The position numbers were made by a program, and so were the translations under genes. A stretch of DNA of 63,996 bases, counting the filler, from Sphacelaria rigidula (taxonomy: Eukaryota), in assembly GCA_964200075.2 (NCBI GenBank). It is 4 parts of 4 records of this genome, joined end to end, with 100 filler letters (N's around TTAATTAATTAA, not from the genome) between each part and the next. Parts side by side here need not be neighbours in the genome. Positions count along the whole stretch, not along the records: positions 48,176 to 63,996 come from CAXNAA020001580.1; 3 more parts are not named here. One strand, given 5' to 3'. The notes below the pieces were generated by a model. It had not been told where the DNA came from. It saw nothing but the letters and a program-made list of their open reading frames with translations, and ran no database searches. This document shows, one piece after another, positions 61,301-63,996 of the stretch (position 1 is its first letter; each line of letters begins with the position of its first letter).

Positions 61301-62335
61301 TAGCGCCAACCGAATTTCATATCGAAGGTACTCACGCCACATTGTTACGTTCGGATGACGAAGTGCGGACTCTTGTTATGGGTGTAGAGACGATTCCTAA
61401 TTATTTCATCACTCCAATGTCTGTTTCGCATGTGCTCACGTACCCTCGCTGCTGTCTCTCTCCACTCGTCCCATACACAAATCGTATTTCCTCTCCTCGA
61501 TTTCGTGCTCGCCCACCGGCCCAACATACATTGACGCATCGCACGTGTGCGTGTGCAGCATGACCTGACCACGGCACTGGCGAAGGTGAGACTAGAAATG
61601 CAATCCATCGATCGCGAGGGGCTGGTAGCGCGGGTGGCACTCGAAAAACGAGTCAGCTCAAGCGTGCGGCGCCTGGTCGACAAACTCGACCAGCTGGAAC
61701 GCCGGTTCTCGCGCATGGAGAGGGAAGACCAAAAACGAAAGCGCCTCGAGGCAGGCGCCGTGGCGGGTGGAGGAGCGGACGGGGCGGGCACCGGCCACAA
61801 CAACGCCCGAGCGTTAACGGTCGCGGGGTCCACCCCCCCCCGTCCACGGCGCGCGGCGGCACCGGCGCTCCCGCTTCCACCTCCGGGAGGCGTCGGCGCG
61901 GGATCGACGGCTGTTGCCGACGAGTGGTGGGCCGTCGGAGGCGCTCGTGAAGCAGAAGGGATAGTTGGGGGCGAGGATGGACCCCCAAGGAGTAGGCGAG
62001 GAGGTGGCGGCGGGGCAAGTGTTGTACCGGAATCTGCGCGGCCGGCGCTTGCAGATGCGGGGGTATTGGGGGTGTCGGCGGGCAATGGAGCACAGGCGGA
62101 GGAGCGGGGGATGGTGGAGAGTGGGGATGATGGACTGGAAAGCGGGGTGGTGACATCGGAGGAGGAATTCATGGATTCGTGTGATGAGGCTGAGGCGGAG
62201 ATGGTGCGGAGACTTGAGGAGAAGATGGCAGCGTTGGAGGGGAAGTTGAAGGGGCACGAAGAGAGGCAGCGAAGTGATTATCGGATCGGGGTGGAGGATG
62301 ATGCGTTCGGGCAAGGGTCCGCTGTGTTGGCTTGA
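49119..62335 (+). CDS. Leucine-rich repeat protein (RNI/NLRC3-like LRRs) with Ser/Pro/Gly-rich linker and C-terminal coiled coil; 7 exons, ~1144 aa
   Basis: Exons 49119-49338, 50501-50734, 54019-54177, 55005-56873, 59971-60050, 60961-61056 and 61559-62335 splice in frame with GT-AG (3435 nt). LRR motifs: LRHLGLQGNDEIGDAGAKAI, LTYLDLSSTGL, LHTLQAAGNYLGDRGL, IRDLRLRGNNITHAGAKEL, LRELDLSLNTI. The start codon and exon 5 are less certain. Confidence 0.8.
50501..50734 (+). CDS. LRR protein exon 2
   Basis: AACAG acceptor; NSTLRHLGLQGNDEIGDAG...NDNNLAQE; donor G|GTGGGT. Confidence 0.85.
54019..54177 (+). CDS. LRR protein exon 3 (this frame is not in the ORF track)
   Basis: CGCAG acceptor; GHQLSTLFRTSASLHTLQAAGNYLGDRGLAALCGAW...SLDISSN; donor G|GTACGG; phase 1-1. 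Confidence 0.82.
55005..56873 (+). CDS. LRR protein exon 4 (LRRs plus low-complexity region)
   Basis: Lies within the 706-aa ORF 54938-57058; CGCAG acceptor; donor G|GTAAGA. Confidence 0.85.
57835..58310. repeat. GGTACC/GATACC-rich subterminal-type repeat (probable MITE remnant)
   Basis: Clustered TACGATACC and GGTATT motifs in both orientations. Confidence 0.45.
59711..59808. mobile_element. 98-bp piggyBac-like MITE
   Basis: TTAA|CCCTT...AAGGG|TTAA: TTAA target duplication and CCC/GGG termini. Confidence 0.6.
59971..60050 (+). CDS. LRR protein exon 5 (predicted)
   Basis: ATACAG acceptor, TCG|GTATCT donor; supplies the phase 1-to-0 bridge needed between exons 4 and 6. Confidence 0.55.
60350..60535 (-). 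mobile_element. tRNA-derived SINE family 2
   Basis: B-box GGGTTCGATTCCC on -; similar to 32120-32280. Confidence 0.5.
60586..60654. repeat. (TATG)n microsatellite
   Basis: About 17 perfect TATG units. Confidence 0.95.
60961..61056 (+). CDS. LRR protein exon 6
   Basis: CACAG acceptor; QMISLAQAGQLLGPIVAKEVAKETRRLEVKFQ; donor CAG|GTGAGA. Confidence 0.75.
61559..62335 (+). CDS. LRR protein terminal exon (coiled coil plus Gly-rich region)
   Basis: GTGCAG acceptor; HDLTTALAKVRLEMQ...LVDKLDQLERRF...RRLEEKMAALEGKL; ends at TGA. Confidence 0.78.
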   Translation, partial: HDLTTALAKVRLEMQSIDREGLVARVALEKRVSSSVRRLVDKLDQLERRFSRMEREDQKRKRLEAGAVAGGGADGAGTGHNNARALTVAGSTPPRPRRAAAPALPLPPPGGVGAGSTAVADEWWAVGGAREAEGIVGGEDGPPRSRRGGGGGASVVPESARPALADAGVLGVSAGNGAQAEERGMVESGDDGLESGVVTSEEEFMDSCDEAEAEMVRRLEEKMAALEGKLKGHEERQRSDYRIGVEDDAFGQGSAVLA

Positions 62336-63240
62336 TTCATAGCTGCTTTTGTGGCAGAGAAGTTTGTCTCCTGTGGCTGTGTGACTGTGATTGTGGTGGA
62401 CGGATCAACGAATGGACGAATTGGGCCCGATTATATCTTGTGTTCGTTGTTGTTGGTGGTTGACCGCTTTTGTGTTTACCTTTTGTTTCCATTTGCTCTG
62501 ATTTTTTTTTTTCAGAGGAAGTAGATGCTGGACGCCATGCCTGTCCGTCTGTGTGCCTGTCTGTGTATAGCTTGCTGAGACATGGCTGTGATTGTTTACG
62601 CGTGTGTGTGTGATCATCGGCAACCGCGGGTTGACTCTTTCGCTTCAGACGAGTTAAGGCATCACATGTCCATAAAGCATTCGTAGGTTGATCTACTCTT
62701 AGATTCTAGGGTGCCATGCATTATTCGCCAGCAGGCAAGCACGCCCAGCGGCGCTTTTCGTTTCGTGTCTCATGTCGCCTGCCGCGCCCACCCCGCGCCT
62801 CGCGCCCTGTGGTCATATCTTTTTCGCCTATCCTGCATGTCTCCGTCGTCCCTGTCATCACAGAGGCAGGCAGCGCCGTTGAGACCATTTGTTTTCGATT
62901 TTACCAATTGGAGGGTGAGTAACGGTATGTCTTGAGGCGAAGATAAATGGGGCGCTCACGGAAAAGTGGATTTCACCGTTCGAGCGCCCGTAGGTGTACA
63001 CCTGGGTTTGAAAAGTCATTTTCCAGTAGTCTGTCTGACAGTCATTCTCCACAAGTCAGCATGGTTCCAATGTAGCGGCTTGGCAGCGCAGGGCGGTCAC
63101 GGGGTTGACGCCTGTGGTAGAAGACACAGTTTTTTGGCTGCATATTGCTGAAACTGGCGTGTCTTCTTCTCATCCTTTTGCTTTCATTCGCATCGACGGA
63201 TGTACGGGAACTTGCGAAATCATCCGTTTTCCCCGTCGGT

Positions 63241-63242
<2 letters not shown>

Positions 63243-63292
<50 letters not shown>
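63243..63292. repeat. (GT)n microsatellite
   Basis: Near-perfect GT run. Confidence 0.92.
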
Positions 63293-63996
63293 GTGCTCAT
63301 TTACAGTAATTTGCGTGTGATTTGTGAACACTCTTCACTTCTTCCGTTTTTTTTAAATATATATTCAGTTTTCTGTTCGTCCTGCAGTGTACTATATACG
63401 GTTCTCTATCTATGTATTTTATTTTTTACGCGGTCAAATCAGCAGTTGCCGCTTGAGAGTAGGCTCGAAGAATTATGTCAATCGAGAAAAAAAGGTCGTT
63501 GTTTCGGATGTGTGTAGTTTGTGCCACGTCTTTTACTGGTCCTATTTTTCGTACAGCAGGCTCTTTGTCTTGCGTCTGAATTCTATTTTGTTTTTTCGGC
63601 CGATCCAAGCAGTAGCTGTTGCTTGCAAGCGGGGTCGAATTGAGTCGGTTGGGAGGGGGGGAAGTTCGGCGCCCCGATTGTGGGCTCGGGCACACCACCC
63701 TATCTCTCCTAACGCCTGCTCGCATGCGTCGATATGCATACATTTTCCTCTCTCGCCCGCTGTACTTCGCGTGTGTTCTGTGTACACGGGACGGTCTCCA
63801 GTTTCTGCATACATGACGATATGCTGTGCTCAGTCCCTCCCTACCGTCGGTTTTGAAAGCCCCCCCCCCCCCCCCCCTCATACCTCTATGGCAAGGCACC
63901 CATGAGGCAGTGTGTAAGCCGTGGCTGTCTCTGGAAGTGGCGATACCAGAAAATAAAGCAACTCATCGGAGGCTGTCATCCGAATGCAAGATGGCC

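Noticed and set aside
61345..62314. Long antisense ORFs over GC-rich exons (also 54841-55506, 42405-43055, 1476-1946)
   Set aside because: Shadow ORFs of GC-rich coding or low-complexity sequence with no independent motifs.

Overview
Eukaryotic, intron-rich and repeat-rich genomic DNA. The gene content (axonemal dynein, stramenopile-type TAZ finger) and repeat style suggest a brown alga (Phaeophyceae); this is inference. The window is not contiguous. Four contigs (1-15959, 16060-32017, 32118-48075, 48176-end) are joined by 100-nt spacers (44 N + TTAATTAATTAA + 44 N). The two complete internal contigs are both 15,958 bp, so this looks like a size-sorted concatenation of unplaced contigs, and no linkage across gaps can be inferred. 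Contig 1 holds a decayed large + strand gene with 2OG-Fe(II) dioxygenase-like motifs, plus SINEs and MITEs. Contig 2 holds ten in-frame exons (574 codons) of an axonemal inner-arm-type dynein heavy chain (stalk, microtubule-binding domain, AAA5), including a GC-AG intron. Contig 3 holds the last two exons of a TAZ-type zinc-finger gene, foldback elements, SWIM/CxC-like transposase remnants and an integrase-deleted Ty1/copia element. Contig 4 holds an apparently complete 7-exon gene (~1144 aa) with N-terminal RNI-like LRRs, a long low-complexity linker and a C-terminal coiled coil. The most unusual signals are the decayed dioxygenase-like gene, a palindromic element with inward-facing tRNA-like ends, a family of ~250-bp MITEs with 4-bp TSDs, and KDZ-like transposase relics.
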